This document shows, piece by piece, positions 9,147 to 21,797 of a stretch of 64,000 nucleotides of DNA (within the stretch, counting starts at the first letter, position 1; each line of letters begins with the position of its first letter). Origin of the DNA: an uncultured delta proteobacterium. Lineage in GTDB: Bacteria > Desulfobacterota > Desulfomonilia > UBA1062. Made by a program: the position numbers and the translations under genes. The notes under the pieces were generated by a model. The model had not been told where the DNA came from, did not search any database, and worked only from the letters and a program-made list of their open reading frames with translations. The DNA lies in NCBI GenBank assembly GCA_963798485.1, contig CAWCTR010000002.1:30130-94129 (forward strand). The letters are read 5' to 3'.

Positions 9147-10994
9147 TCAGATCAGGTCTTTGCTCAAGTCCATCCCGATAGTGGTGCTCTTAAGCTCTAA
9201 GCCTGACAGGGCCGCGGCTGTAACACCCAGATCAGCAATGCGAATCGGCCTGTCATGTGTGCCAGTCTTCCCACCGGGTATCGAGATCGCAGCAACGATA
9301 GGGAGTGTATCCACGGATCCGTGGCCTCCATTATACACACGCCAGGGGGGAGACCATGTGGGCGCCTTGATGCCCACATTGGGGATCTGGCCGTTATAGA
9401 CCGGGATCTGCCAGCCGTTTTTCGCCAGAATGATGAGGTCGGGCCAGATGACGGTCTGTTCCTTGTCAACATCTACATAGAATGTGTGATAGAGCTCTCC
9501 GGGCAGGCAGACGCCTTCAATGCCGTTTTTCATATCGTTCCTGTCAACAACCCACCACGGGCACTCATTCTTAAGAGTCTGAGGGTTCAGTGCCCGGTGG
9601 ACCGACAGCACCGCCTTCGCCTTTGAGACCTTTTCTTTGTTTTCCCGCCAGTACAATACACCATAGCTGCTCACGCTGAAGGCATACATCTCCTTTTTTT
9701 CCAGTATCCCCCTCTTCTCAATTATCCCTGCACTCTCAAGGAGGCCCACGCAATCGGTTGATGAAAAATCATCGGTATAGAGGTGATTTACTGCAGAGTG
9801 GTCGCTCAGGAGGATGATTTTTGCATGGCCCAGCACCCCCTGTTTCTCAAGGCCAGCCATAAGGCGGCCGAACTGGATGTCCACATCGCGGATTACATCC
9901 AGGATTGCCTCTTTGAAAAGGAGCTTGTTCCTGCTGCTGACCAGCTGATACTCAGGCTTGTTTTCACACCCCTCAGGCGGTTCATACGGCGGATTGACAT
10001 TGATGAATTCCGATGGGTCCCATGCACTTCCGATGGCATGCCCCGCATCGTCGCACTGGGCAAGCAGAATGTAGGCCATATCGGGCTTATCGCGTTTGAA
10101 TATCTCAAGGGTTGAGTCCACGATCCAGCTGTCATGGGGAAAATGATTCGCAAAGTGTTCCATCTGCCAGGTCAGGAGACTGCCTTGGCCCGTATAGAGC
10201 CGTGTCATGACATCGCTTGTCCTCATAGATCCCCCGAAGAATCCGAGGTGTGTCGATTCCGGGTCACAGGCTGCATCCTGGTCTGTATGAGGATCTGCAA
10301 GGCTCTCCCTCTTCGGGGGTTTGAGGTAACCAGGGTGGTTAGGCCCTGTCACCAAAATATCCACACCAGAGGCGTCCCCGTTTCCACGGAACATCTCCCC
10401 CACCCATTCCTTGCCTGTAATGAGCATGGTCTTGGAGTGGGGCCAGCTGCGTTTCCAGGCCGTAAAGAGTGTGTCCACGGGCCGACCTTTATCATCCCTT
10501 GCAAAGGACATGCTGGTGCGCTGTATGACTACCTCCCCGGACTCGTCCCAGCCGGTGGGCTGTGCCCATACGCTTATGATGCCGGTTTGGGCACTCGAAG
10601 TACCAGCCAGGGCGTTCAGGTGGTTCATATCCGTAGCGGCCGGCAGGAAGCTTTTTGCATTTCTGAACCACATGGAATTTTTCAGAAATGCACGAATATT
10701 AGGCATCAGCCAGTTCCCCTCGCTTCCCCCCGGCATACCCCGGGCATCGAGCTCAAGATATTTCGGATTGAGCGCATCTATGGCTATGAAGATAAGCTTT
10801 TCTCGGTTGTAAGCTGAATTTCCTGCAGGCAGCGTGGCACCATTCACTTTCATGGGGAATATCCCCCAGTTCATGAAGGTGATTCCTCCAAGGAGGGCTG
10901 TTAACTTTTTTATAAACGACCTGCGCCCGATTCCTCTGTTCACCGTGAGATGCTTGCTTGTCATGCTGTGTTTTCGAGCCATATTTCCCCCCAT
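9147..10994 (-). CDS. Tat-exported alkaline-phosphatase-superfamily (nucleotide pyrophosphatase/phosphodiesterase-like) protein
   Basis: GRRSFIKK twin-arginine signal; metal and nucleophile motifs IDAL, ATDMNH, DDAGH, LSDHS and GGHG. Confidence 0.78.
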   Translation of the reverse strand: MGGNMARKHSMTSKHLTVNRGIGRRSFIKKLTALLGGITFMNWGIFPMKVNGATLPAGNSAYNREKLIFIAIDALNPKYLELDARGMPGGSEGNWLMPNIRAFLKNSMWFRNAKSFLPAATDMNHLNALAGTSSAQTGIISVWAQPTGWDESGEVVIQRTSMSFARDDKGRPVDTLFTAWKRSWPHSKTMLITGKEWVGEMFRGNGDASGVDILVTGPNHPGYLKPPKRESLADPHTDQDAACDPESTHLGFFGGSMRTSDVMTRLYTGQGSLLTWQMEHFANHFPHDSWIVDSTLEIFKRDKPDMAYILLAQCDDAGHAIGSAWDPSEFINVNPPYEPPEGCENKPEYQLVSSRNKLLFKEAILDVIRDVDIQFGRLMAGLEKQGVLGHAKIILLSDHSAVNHLYTDDFSSTDCVGLLESAGIIEKRGILEKKEMYAFSVSSYGVLYWRENKEKVSKAKAVLSVHRALNPQTLKNECPWWVVDRNDMKNGIEGVCLPGELYHTFYVDVDKEQTVIWPDLIILAKNGWQIPVYNGQIPNVGIKAPTWSPPWRVYNGGHGSVDTLPIVAAISIPGGKTGTHDRPIRIADLGVTAAALSGLELKSTTIGMDLSKDLI

Positions 10995-11050
10995 GTTTTT
11001 TTGAACTGATACAAAGTTGCCATCAAATACATATCAAATATGCGTAAGGC

Positions 11051-11105
11051 CGCTCACCTTCCCCTCTTCCCTCAAATCTTATGGGTGAGGGGGCCAAGGT
11101 GAGCG
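11051..11105. repeat. REP-like GC-rich hairpin
   Basis: Outer arms CGCTCACCTT/AAGGTGAGCG and inner arms CCCCTC/GAGGGG. Confidence 0.55.
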
Positions 11106-11149
11106 AGGTATTTTATACCATGCCACTGAGAATAATTCACTCACCATAA

Positions 11150-12313
11150 TCAGAAAGCCGGAGAAGTGGCATACAGACACAAGATACCCCCCTGGCGGTT
11201 GACCTCTGCCTTTGACTTTCTGCCGTTCATCACATCGATGGAAAGGTCGATGATCTCTTCTGCGATACGTTCAAGGCTCACACCTTCGAGCACGGCACCT
11301 GCATTCACATCGATGTCATTCTCCATGGCAAGGAAGAGCCTGCTGGTACTCGATACCTTGATGACAGGTATGATGGGAAAGCCACAGGGGGTCCCCCGTC
11401 CGGTGGTAAAGATGATAAGCTGGCAGCCTGCCGCACCGAGGCCGGCCATGGATTCCATGTCATAGCCCGGGCCGTCAAGGATGACGAGGCCCTTGCCTTT
11501 CGGGTTCCGGCCATAATCCACCACCTCGTTGATGGGGCGGCTTCCTGCCTTGCAGATACAACCCAGCGATTTCTCCTGGATGGAGCTCATGCCCCCGTCC
11601 ATATTTCCGGGCGCTATCACATATGAGGCCAGCGGTCCTAAGATATCCTTGGTGCGCTTTTCCGCTGCTTCGATTATCTGCACGATCCGCTGAGCGACCT
11701 CAGTGGTCTTTGCCCTCCTTGATAGTATATGTGAGGTCCCGATCATCTCGGTGTTCTCTGTGAGGATCACCGTACCCCCTGCATCCACCAGCCAATCGGA
11801 AACCAGCCCCACAGCAGGATTTGCCGTGATGCCTGAAAAGGCATCCGAACCCCCGCACTCAAGCCCGATGGTTATGGATTCCAGAGGGCATTCGATACGC
11901 TTCATGCCGGTTGCATCCTCCACCATCTTCTTTGCAGACCGGATGCCTTTGACAGCAGTCTTGCGCGATCCACCTTCATTCTGGATAACAAAAGATTCGA
12001 CCGGTTTACCGGTCTGTGCGATCTCGGAGGCAATGGCCAGGGCGCTGATGGTCTCGCACCCAAGCCCGATGACAATGGCGCCCGAGACATTAGGGTTCTT
12101 GCCGAGACCTGCAAGGGCATTCGTGTGCATGCCTATCTCAAGTGCCCGGCCGCAACCGTGCCCGTGCAGAAAGGGGACCGTTCCTCTGACCTCCCGGCCG
12201 ATCATGTCCGCCACGCCGTTCGCACACGCCACCGTTGGAATGATTGCGACATGGTTTCTGATGCCAACCGAGCCATTGGGCCGCATATAGCCTTGTATGG
12301 TATCGCGCTTCAT
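11150..12313 (-). CDS. UxaA-family dehydratase/lyase large subunit (altronate dehydratase or SuyB-like)
   Basis: GYMRPNGSVGIRN, HGHGC, GLGCE, ECGGSDAFSG.TANPAVG, EKSLG and FTTGRGTP motifs. Confidence 0.88.
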   Translation of the reverse strand: MKRDTIQGYMRPNGSVGIRNHVAIIPTVACANGVADMIGREVRGTVPFLHGHGCGRALEIGMHTNALAGLGKNPNVSGAIVIGLGCETISALAIASEIAQTGKPVESFVIQNEGGSRKTAVKGIRSAKKMVEDATGMKRIECPLESITIGLECGGSDAFSGITANPAVGLVSDWLVDAGGTVILTENTEMIGTSHILSRRAKTTEVAQRIVQIIEAAEKRTKDILGPLASYVIAPGNMDGGMSSIQEKSLGCICKAGSRPINEVVDYGRNPKGKGLVILDGPGYDMESMAGLGAAGCQLIIFTTGRGTPCGFPIIPVIKVSSTSRLFLAMENDIDVNAGAVLEGVSLERIAEEIIDLSIDVMNGRKSKAEVNRQGGILCLYATSPAF

Positions 12314-12588
12314 ACCGTTACCCCTTCGATGGTGAGGTTGTGGGTGTGTACCCAGGCGCCTTTTTTGATATCACCCAAGGCATACCCGATCGCCTCGCCG
12401 TACTTAAGCACCGCCATGCCTTGCTGAATATCAACAAGCGCTACTTTGTGGCTGTAGGGGATCCTTTCGAGTGCAGTGAATTCATTACCATCCGGCAGCA
12501 TCACAACCTCGCCCTCGGGGATGTCTTCCAGGGCCACAGCCACTGTATCCTGCTCTTTGATGACAATAACATTGGGCTTCATCTGCAA
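12310..12588 (-). CDS. UxaA-family small subunit, SAF domain (SuyA-like)
   Basis: D.VAVAL, IPYSHKVAL, LKYGE.IG.A..DI..G.WVHTHN; ATGA overlap with the large subunit. Confidence 0.88.
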   Translation of the reverse strand: MQMKPNVIVIKEQDTVAVALEDIPEGEVVMLPDGNEFTALERIPYSHKVALVDIQQGMAVLKYGEAIGYALGDIKKGAWVHTHNLTIEGVTV

Positions 12589-12636
12589 TCTCCCCCTTCG
12601 TTCAAGAGCGCAATTATGGCAGCTATAAATGCTTTG

Positions 12637-15297
<2,661 letters not shown>

Positions 15298-15542
15298 TCA
15301 TCCCCCGTTTTATCACTGCCGGTTGATAAAGTATGTTTATCTTATTAGCATACTTATCCTGTCATGAATACGGCTTTCAACAGTCTTTAAACCCCTCTAC
15401 AGCCGGATATCAGTAGTCCTCACCCGGCATACTCAAGTGATTGTTTGCCCGCATGAAAGAGTACGTTGGTAGAATTCAGGGTAGACTAAATACTGCCATG
15501 CCTTTATTGTAATAGGCAAATCCACTCTGAAAGAAGAAGGCT

Positions 15543-16044
15543 ATGGAACCCTTATCCGAAAATCTCGTTGAGAGAACCTGGCAGGAGATTGCCCACTATG
15601 ATTCAGACCGCGCCACGAAAGAGATGATGGAGCTCGGACAGGTACAACCGGATCTCCTTTCTTTCATTCTGGAATTCACTGAGGACCTTGGTGAGCAGGC
15701 AGGAGAACTGGGCGTCTATCTGCTTTTTGTCATATATCACCTGTTCAAGAAGGGCTATGGCAAGGAGATCAAGCCGGTAACGCCTGAAGAGATTGTAGAA
15801 TGCTATGAAGAGAACGAACGGCTCATGGAGAAGCTGGAAAAGGCCCAGGACGAATTCTTTAACAGGGTGGCCGAGGTACAGCTCTCTCCTCAACCTTATG
15901 TGATCAGGTATGTGGTTGACTCATTATCGGATAGAACCTGAAGACGATGACGACAGGGAACCTCTGAGTGAAGAAGAAGTGGGCTTTCTCTTCATGTTGC
16001 TCAAAACCGTTATCGATGTGTTAAACATGAAGACCAACGAATAA
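15543..16044 (+). pseudogene. Acidic hypothetical protein with an apparent frameshift near 15,930
   Basis: The ORF stops at 15941, but a shifted frame continues EPEDDDDREPLSEEEVGFLFMLLKTVIDVLNMKTNE* to TAA 16042-16044. Confidence 0.6.
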
Positions 16045-16058
16045 ACCCTGTACGCTTA

Positions 16059-17282
16059 TCAATCTTGCTGCAAAAGATCAGGAGAAAATGCAACAGAAGT
16101 CGGATAGGACTTTGGAACACGGACCTGTAAGGCGGCCAGGAGATTACCGAGTGCTATGAATGTCCCAAGCAGAAATACATACTGAAAGCCCAAGCGGTTC
16201 CAGATCAACCCGCCCAGCAAGGCAACCATAATGGAAAAGCAATGATCGATACTCACTGACATAGTCAGCGCCGGTTGGACGTGTGAGGGTTGCAGTGCTA
16301 TCTTTTTCATATACATGGCCCGGGCCATATTCACCGACATGAGCATCTGATCCATGAGAAAGCACCCACACGCGATAAAAAATGCGGTGTTTTCAGACAC
16401 CAGGAACCTGGCAAATCCATACCCCAAACAGACAAACACCAGCAGCACGGACTCGCACACCAGGACGATCCGCTCCCCCAGACGGTCGGTCGCCCAACCC
16501 AGCAACGGCTGGAAGACAATGCCGATGATCCCGCCGATCATCAAGAGCGTGGCTATGGTTTGTGTGGGCTGATGGAACACCGTGACCAGCACCCAGGGCG
16601 CAAAGGTGAGGAACAGCTGTTTACGCGAACCATAAAGCACGGATAGAAAATAATACAGCCGGTATTCCCGGTGGAGTTTCAAATGAAGGGCCGGCGGCTG
16701 TGTTTGCTCCGGTCTCATGGCGAACATCAGAAGTGCCGCCGTCATGAAGGCCACGGCAGCTAAAGCAAAGGTGTGGTGAAAGGTGAACCCCAGGTACTTG
16801 AACCCGATAAACACCAAGAAACTCCCGAGTATGGCGGCCAGGTTCCGGATTGCGTTTAACTGTCCCAGACGCTGCCCTGTCTTGCCTTCTTCGGCCAGTT
16901 CCATACCGATTGTTGAAGACAGGGGGAGAAAGATATGCTGGCCCAGGCTGTAGATGAACAACCAGAGCACCATGACCACATAGGAAGGTGAAGCAAAACC
17001 GATCAGCATAGTCCCCGCCGCCCCAAGCAGCATGGCTACCACGGCAAGGCGGCGGCTGCAGAGAAACCATAGCAGGGCTGAGGCAAAAACCACCAGGACG
17101 CCGGGAAGCTCACGGGGAATCTCAAGAAAAGAACGTTCGAACCCGCTCAGGGCGAAACGCTCGTTCAGGAAGTTATTAAACGTCGCATCAATAATGCTGT
17201 ACGCCATGCCGATGGCCAATGAAGCTACGATAAACACTGAGAGTTCCCGGGACATGCGTGTTAAGCGTGCAGTAAACATCAT
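16059..17282 (-). CDS. MFS transporter
   Basis: About 12 hydrophobic segments; G..TDRLGER loop motif. Confidence 0.85.
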   Translation of the reverse strand: MMFTARLTRMSRELSVFIVASLAIGMAYSIIDATFNNFLNERFALSGFERSFLEIPRELPGVLVVFASALLWFLCSRRLAVVAMLLGAAGTMLIGFASPSYVVMVLWLFIYSLGQHIFLPLSSTIGMELAEEGKTGQRLGQLNAIRNLAAILGSFLVFIGFKYLGFTFHHTFALAAVAFMTAALLMFAMRPEQTQPPALHLKLHREYRLYYFLSVLYGSRKQLFLTFAPWVLVTVFHQPTQTIATLLMIGGIIGIVFQPLLGWATDRLGERIVLVCESVLLVFVCLGYGFARFLVSENTAFFIACGCFLMDQMLMSVNMARAMYMKKIALQPSHVQPALTMSVSIDHCFSIMVALLGGLIWNRLGFQYVFLLGTFIALGNLLAALQVRVPKSYPTSVAFSPDLLQQD

Positions 17283-17360
17283 GGCGAAGACTTACCAATT
17301 AAAGGGACTTGCGTCAATGGAAGCTGATATCGCAAGGCGGCAAGGGAATAATTCTAAGGC

Positions 17361-18716
17361 TCAATCCCTCTCATCGAGTGGTATGTATTTCGATTCCTTT
17401 GGCAGCGAACTCACATATGCAGGCCGTATGAGCTTGGCCTGGATGATCTGCTCGATCCGGTGCGCAGACCAGCCGACTACCCGCGCCATGGCAAAGATAG
17501 GGGTGAAAAGGTCAATAGGGATATGAAGCATCTTGTAGACAAACCCGGAGTAGAAATCTACATTCGGGGCCACAATCTGGCCCTTACGCTCGCGGATGAG
17601 CTCACTGCCGACCTCTGCCACTAGTCTCATGAGGTTCAGCTCTTTTTGGAACTCCGTCTTGCCGGCCATGTCATCAGCCTTTTCCAGGAGGATCTCGGCC
17701 CTGGGATCTGATACCGTATATACCGCATGACCTATGCCATAGATCTTACCGGCACCGTCATGGGCCTTACCGTCGAGGATCCTGGTCAGATACCTTTTCA
17801 CTTGATTGCGGTCTCCCCAATTCTTCACATGTTTTTTCACATCCTTCATCATCTTCATGACCGCCTCGTTGGCGCCTCCATGGAGATGGCCGCTTAAGGA
17901 AGCGATGCCCGAGCAGATGGCCATATAGGTGTTGGCGCCGCTGGATGAAACAGTGCGCACCGTGAAGGTGGAGTTGTTTCCCCCTCCATGCTCTGCATGC
18001 AGCATGAGGGACAGGTCAAACAGCATTGCCTCATCACGATGCGGTCTTGTGCCCGTGAGCATGTAGAGGAAGTTTTCCGCCATGGAGAGATCGGGGTCCG
18101 GCGGGATGATACGCAGGCTTCCACCCTGACGGTAGCGGGACACCTTGTGATTGTATGCAACCACTGTGGGGAACTTTGCGATAAGGTTGATGCATGTCAT
18201 GATCACATCTTTAAGCTCCAGGGAGACCGGGTTTGAATCGCACCTGCTCAGGTGTGATATAACCGAGTGCAGTGCAAACATCTGGTTCTCGTTTTCTGCC
18301 TCCTGGGTGATGATGCCCCGTTCAACCTTGTTGAGCGACCTCCCCTTGCTGAGCAATTCTGAAAATATTTTCAGGTCTTCCCGGTTCGGGAGCTCGCCGG
18401 TGAGCAGGAGGTAGGCCACTTCTTCAAAACCGAACCGGCCTTCAGCCTGGATCTTCCTGGCAAGGTCGATGGCATTGTACCCGCAGTAGGTCAGCCTTCC
18501 CGGGGCAGGCAGGACGACTTCCCCCTTGCCATCCTCAGAGGGTATCCTTTTGAAGCCGAATACGGTGCCCTTGGAAGTGATACCCACCACCACACCCGTG
18601 CCATCTGAATTGCGGAGCCCCAGCTTGATGTCCTTGGCCTTGATAAGATCGGGGGATACATTATCGTGGTACCGTGCGAGCGCATGGATCTTTTGTATGA
18701 TGTGTTCCATACTCAC
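17361..18716 (-). CDS. gltA: Citrate synthase (Si-type family)
   Basis: LHAEHGGGNNSTF, HLHGGANE, YGIGHAVY..SDPR and PNVDFYSG motifs. Confidence 0.85.
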   Translation of the reverse strand: MSMEHIIQKIHALARYHDNVSPDLIKAKDIKLGLRNSDGTGVVVGITSKGTVFGFKRIPSEDGKGEVVLPAPGRLTYCGYNAIDLARKIQAEGRFGFEEVAYLLLTGELPNREDLKIFSELLSKGRSLNKVERGIITQEAENENQMFALHSVISHLSRCDSNPVSLELKDVIMTCINLIAKFPTVVAYNHKVSRYRQGGSLRIIPPDPDLSMAENFLYMLTGTRPHRDEAMLFDLSLMLHAEHGGGNNSTFTVRTVSSSGANTYMAICSGIASLSGHLHGGANEAVMKMMKDVKKHVKNWGDRNQVKRYLTRILDGKAHDGAGKIYGIGHAVYTVSDPRAEILLEKADDMAGKTEFQKELNLMRLVAEVGSELIRERKGQIVAPNVDFYSGFVYKMLHIPIDLFTPIFAMARVVGWSAHRIEQIIQAKLIRPAYVSSLPKESKYIPLDERD

Positions 18717-20200
18717 CTCATCTCGATATTTCTCTTCCAGGCATATTCTGAAACATGGCTCAGTGCCCTTAACGCATTCCCCAGGTCGTTGAACACCGGT
18801 ATGCCTTTTTCGAGAAAGACCTGCCTGGTCTCCCTGATAAGATCTGTTATATCAAGAGAATCCCGGCCCTGCTTGAACTCGGGCATTACAAGGATTATGG
18901 GCTTGCCGGTTGAGTCTATTGCCTCCCTCATGGCTATGCTGAGCTCCCTGAACGGGGTAATCTCCTTGACCGATTCAACACCCAGCCCCAGGGCAACGGC
19001 CTTGAAATGATGCAGAAGTTGGATGATCACCTGGACATCAATGCGCGCATCACTGCCCGAGAGCAGGAACACCTGCCGGTATGCATCGGGGTCCACAAAG
19101 GGATTGGCTGCATCAATGGGGTTTTTGGCACTGGACCCAGGTCTGGGGAGTGATTCAAGGATCCTCTCGCTCAAGGCATCATCAAATTTGGGCAGATCGA
19201 GCCCAAAGCGTTCAGCCAGATCACCGGCGCTCACACCCAGCGCCCCGCCGCCCCCTGCCACGCTGACGCCATGGTATCTCATTATTGGAAGCATGGAAAA
19301 GGCTAGACACGTCTGAGCAAGCTCCCACAGATCAGCCACCTGGATGGCGCCTGCCTGACGCAGCGCAGACTCCCAGATCACCTTGCTCCCGCCCATGGAG
19401 GCCGTATGACTGGCAACAGCTCTGCCCCCTGCCTCCGAGAGGCCGCCCTTATTGATGATCACGGGCTTGCGGGCTGCCACCTGCCTGAGAACCCTGAAGA
19501 ACTCGCGTCCGTCCTTGACCCCTTCCATGTACATAGCAATGACCTTGGTCTGGCGGTCGTTGCCGAGATACTCCAGGAGCTCGGTCTCCCGCAGGTCAGC
19601 ACCGTTGCCGAAACTGATGACCTTGGAGAACTTCACGCCCATCCACTTGCCGATATGTGCAAAATCTATGGACATGCCCCCGCTCTGGGAGATAAAGGCG
19701 ACATGTCCGCTCTCCCGGGAGAGGTCCGGGCCGGGCAGCAAGGTAAGCCCGCTAGCCGGACAGTAGACACCGAAGCAATTGGGGCCGATCACGCGTATCC
19801 CTTTTGCTGCGACCTCGCGTATCTCATCTTCCAGGGCCTCACCCTTGGTTGTTCCGGCCTCGGAAAAACCTGCAGAGAGGATCTCGGCGCCTGCAATACC
19901 CATGGTCCTGCATTTTTCCAGGGTTTGCGGTACATGCTCAGCCGGCACGGCGATGATGGCGAAATCCACTTGCGCCGGGATTTCATCAAGGCTCCGGTAT
20001 AGCTCATTACCATTGATTCGGCCGCCATTGGGGTTTACCGGGTAGATCCCGCCGGCAAATCCAATGGCGGTAAGCGCGCTCATGATGCCGCTGCCGAAAC
20101 CGGCACCCTTTGGAGAGACCCCTATGATGGCGATGTTTCCGGGATGGAAGATGCGGTTAAAAACCTCGTCGTTGCGGGTTCGCTCAATAATGCTCTCCAT
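18713..20200 (-). CDS. ADP-forming acyl-CoA synthetase alpha subunit (CoA-binding and succinyl-CoA-ligase-like domains, no ATP-grasp)
   Basis: IAIIGVS, YPVNP, GPNCFG, SQSGG, ASHTAS (phospho-His) and NPID motifs. Confidence 0.85.
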   Translation of the reverse strand: MESIIERTRNDEVFNRIFHPGNIAIIGVSPKGAGFGSGIMSALTAIGFAGGIYPVNPNGGRINGNELYRSLDEIPAQVDFAIIAVPAEHVPQTLEKCRTMGIAGAEILSAGFSEAGTTKGEALEDEIREVAAKGIRVIGPNCFGVYCPASGLTLLPGPDLSRESGHVAFISQSGGMSIDFAHIGKWMGVKFSKVISFGNGADLRETELLEYLGNDRQTKVIAMYMEGVKDGREFFRVLRQVAARKPVIINKGGLSEAGGRAVASHTASMGGSKVIWESALRQAGAIQVADLWELAQTCLAFSMLPIMRYHGVSVAGGGGALGVSAGDLAERFGLDLPKFDDALSERILESLPRPGSSAKNPIDAANPFVDPDAYRQVFLLSGSDARIDVQVIIQLLHHFKAVALGLGVESVKEITPFRELSIAMREAIDSTGKPIILVMPEFKQGRDSLDITDLIRETRQVFLEKGIPVFNDLGNALRALSHVSEYAWKRNIEMR

Positions 20201-20346
20201 GGTAACACCTCATTTAAAACATGATGATCTCATTCTTTCTGTTTCCTAAAGTTTTGTCAATGCAGACAGGATAGTTGCACAACCTCTTTACAGGTCAGTC
20301 CGGCAACATTATACTTGAAGCACATTCATGAGCACGGCAGGGGACT

Positions 20347-21267
20347 ATGCCCAAAGAAAATACCCACCTCCACTTTGCCTACGGGCTCCTTGAGGAGTTC
20401 CAGGACTGCGATATCCTGAAGGATGTCTCTGACAACATCTGGAACTATCTCTTGGGCTCCATCATCCCGGATACGTTCTACTATGGGAGCAGTGCATCTC
20501 TCAGGCGTATCTCGGAATCCTTCCACGGCAAGGACGGCAACCCGACTAATATAACCATTGTGCAGGTGCTTGACAATGCACGGGATAAGAAAGATCTTTC
20601 ATTCATACTTGGGTATATCTCCCACTGCGCCCTGGACATCACCTTTCACCCGGTTATTTACTATCTTTCCGGCAACTACTATGATGAATCTCCCCAGAAG
20701 AGGGCCCGGGCCGTCTACCTGCACCGCCACCTGGAGACCTGCCTCGATCTGGATATCAAAAATTCCATGCGCCTGCACAGGCTCATCAGGATAAAATACC
20801 TAAAAGGACTTGTTTTTGAAGAGATTATCTCTCATACATTCAAGGTTCCGATAAAAAATCTGCGACATTCCCTGAGAAGACAGATCGTTTATAATGTTCT
20901 CTTTACAATAAATACAGCCTATCACCTCGCCAAGCTGGCCTCAAAGACCGGTCTTTTCAATGACACGTCGCAGCTGGGCCTCTTCTATGGCGATGCAGGA
21001 CACGACGAGCAAATCCCACCTACGATAGAAGCAGCCGACCTCATAGAGGGCCGCCAATGGACTACCACCATCAACGAGCTCTTTTCCAATGCCCGCATCT
21101 TGGCTAGATCCATGATGGAAGCCGCCTATGGCTACTGGATACAATCAGTAACCCGCGATGAAATGCTCCACGCAATACCTGGGTTAAGCCTTGATACAGG
21201 CAAGCTCGGTGTGAGCGCCTCGAATATCCGCCACACAAAGGGGGACAGCGCTTTGAAGGAGAACTAG
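20347..21267 (+). CDS. Zinc-dependent phospholipase C family protein
   Basis: N-terminal MP...H, LGS..PD.FYY, GY.SH..LD..FHP and H..LE motifs. Confidence 0.75.
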   Translation: MPKENTHLHFAYGLLEEFQDCDILKDVSDNIWNYLLGSIIPDTFYYGSSASLRRISESFHGKDGNPTNITIVQVLDNARDKKDLSFILGYISHCALDITFHPVIYYLSGNYYDESPQKRARAVYLHRHLETCLDLDIKNSMRLHRLIRIKYLKGLVFEEIISHTFKVPIKNLRHSLRRQIVYNVLFTINTAYHLAKLASKTGLFNDTSQLGLFYGDAGHDEQIPPTIEAADLIEGRQWTTTINELFSNARILARSMMEAAYGYWIQSVTRDEMLHAIPGLSLDTGKLGVSASNIRHTKGDSALKEN

Positions 21268-21304
21268 TATCTCCATCTAGAATTCAATCGATTGATCATG
21301 GATC

Positions 21305-21586
21305 TCACAAGGTAAGAATCTCGTCGATGGTGAGGTCTTCCACACAGAGCGGGTCGATCCCCTTTAACCTGGCCGACAGCTCCTTGGCAGAGATTTCTGA
21401 AAGAGGCATGATGACCCTGTAGTTGTGTTTATCAAGCCAGATGAGAAACTGCCATGCATAACATTCCCGGCAGTGGACTTTCTTTTTCTCCAAGTAAGCC
21501 TCATTATCCAGCGTTTCCAGCTCCTTGTGGCGGGGGCAAGCGATATCGATACAGAAGGTACCGGATTTGTATTTCTTCGTTGCCAT
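21305..21586 (-). CDS. Small hypothetical protein, probably metal-binding
   Basis: 93 aa with GAGG RBS; CxxxxCxxH and CxxC motifs. Confidence 0.65.
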   Translation of the reverse strand: MATKKYKSGTFCIDIACPRHKELETLDNEAYLEKKKVHCRECYAWQFLIWLDKHNYRVIMPLSEISAKELSARLKGIDPLCVEDLTIDEILTL

Positions 21587-21734
21587 GGTTTACCTCATGT
21601 AGAGTTTTATTGATTGAAATCATATCACTTCTGCCCGGACTTGGCAACTTTTACCCGTGTAAATCTCATAAACTACTGTATTTTCAGTTAATTCTAAAAA
21701 TGTTTCCAAAATTATTCCTTCGGACATTAAGTGG

Positions 21735-21779
21735 TTGACAAACCGGATTCAAATATTTATTATTAGTTAATATTAACTA
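21735..21779 (+). promoter_or_regulatory. Sigma70 promoter with an adjacent 16-bp palindromic operator
   Basis: TTGACA (21735) - 17 bp - TATTAT (21758); perfect palindrome TAGTTAATATTAACTA at 21764-21779. Confidence 0.7.
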
Positions 21780-21797
21780 TATAGAATATTTGATATT

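Noticed and set aside
15939-15941. TGA as selenocysteine
   Set aside because: Another in-frame TGA follows three codons on, there is no redox-motif context, and the plausible continuation is in a different frame.
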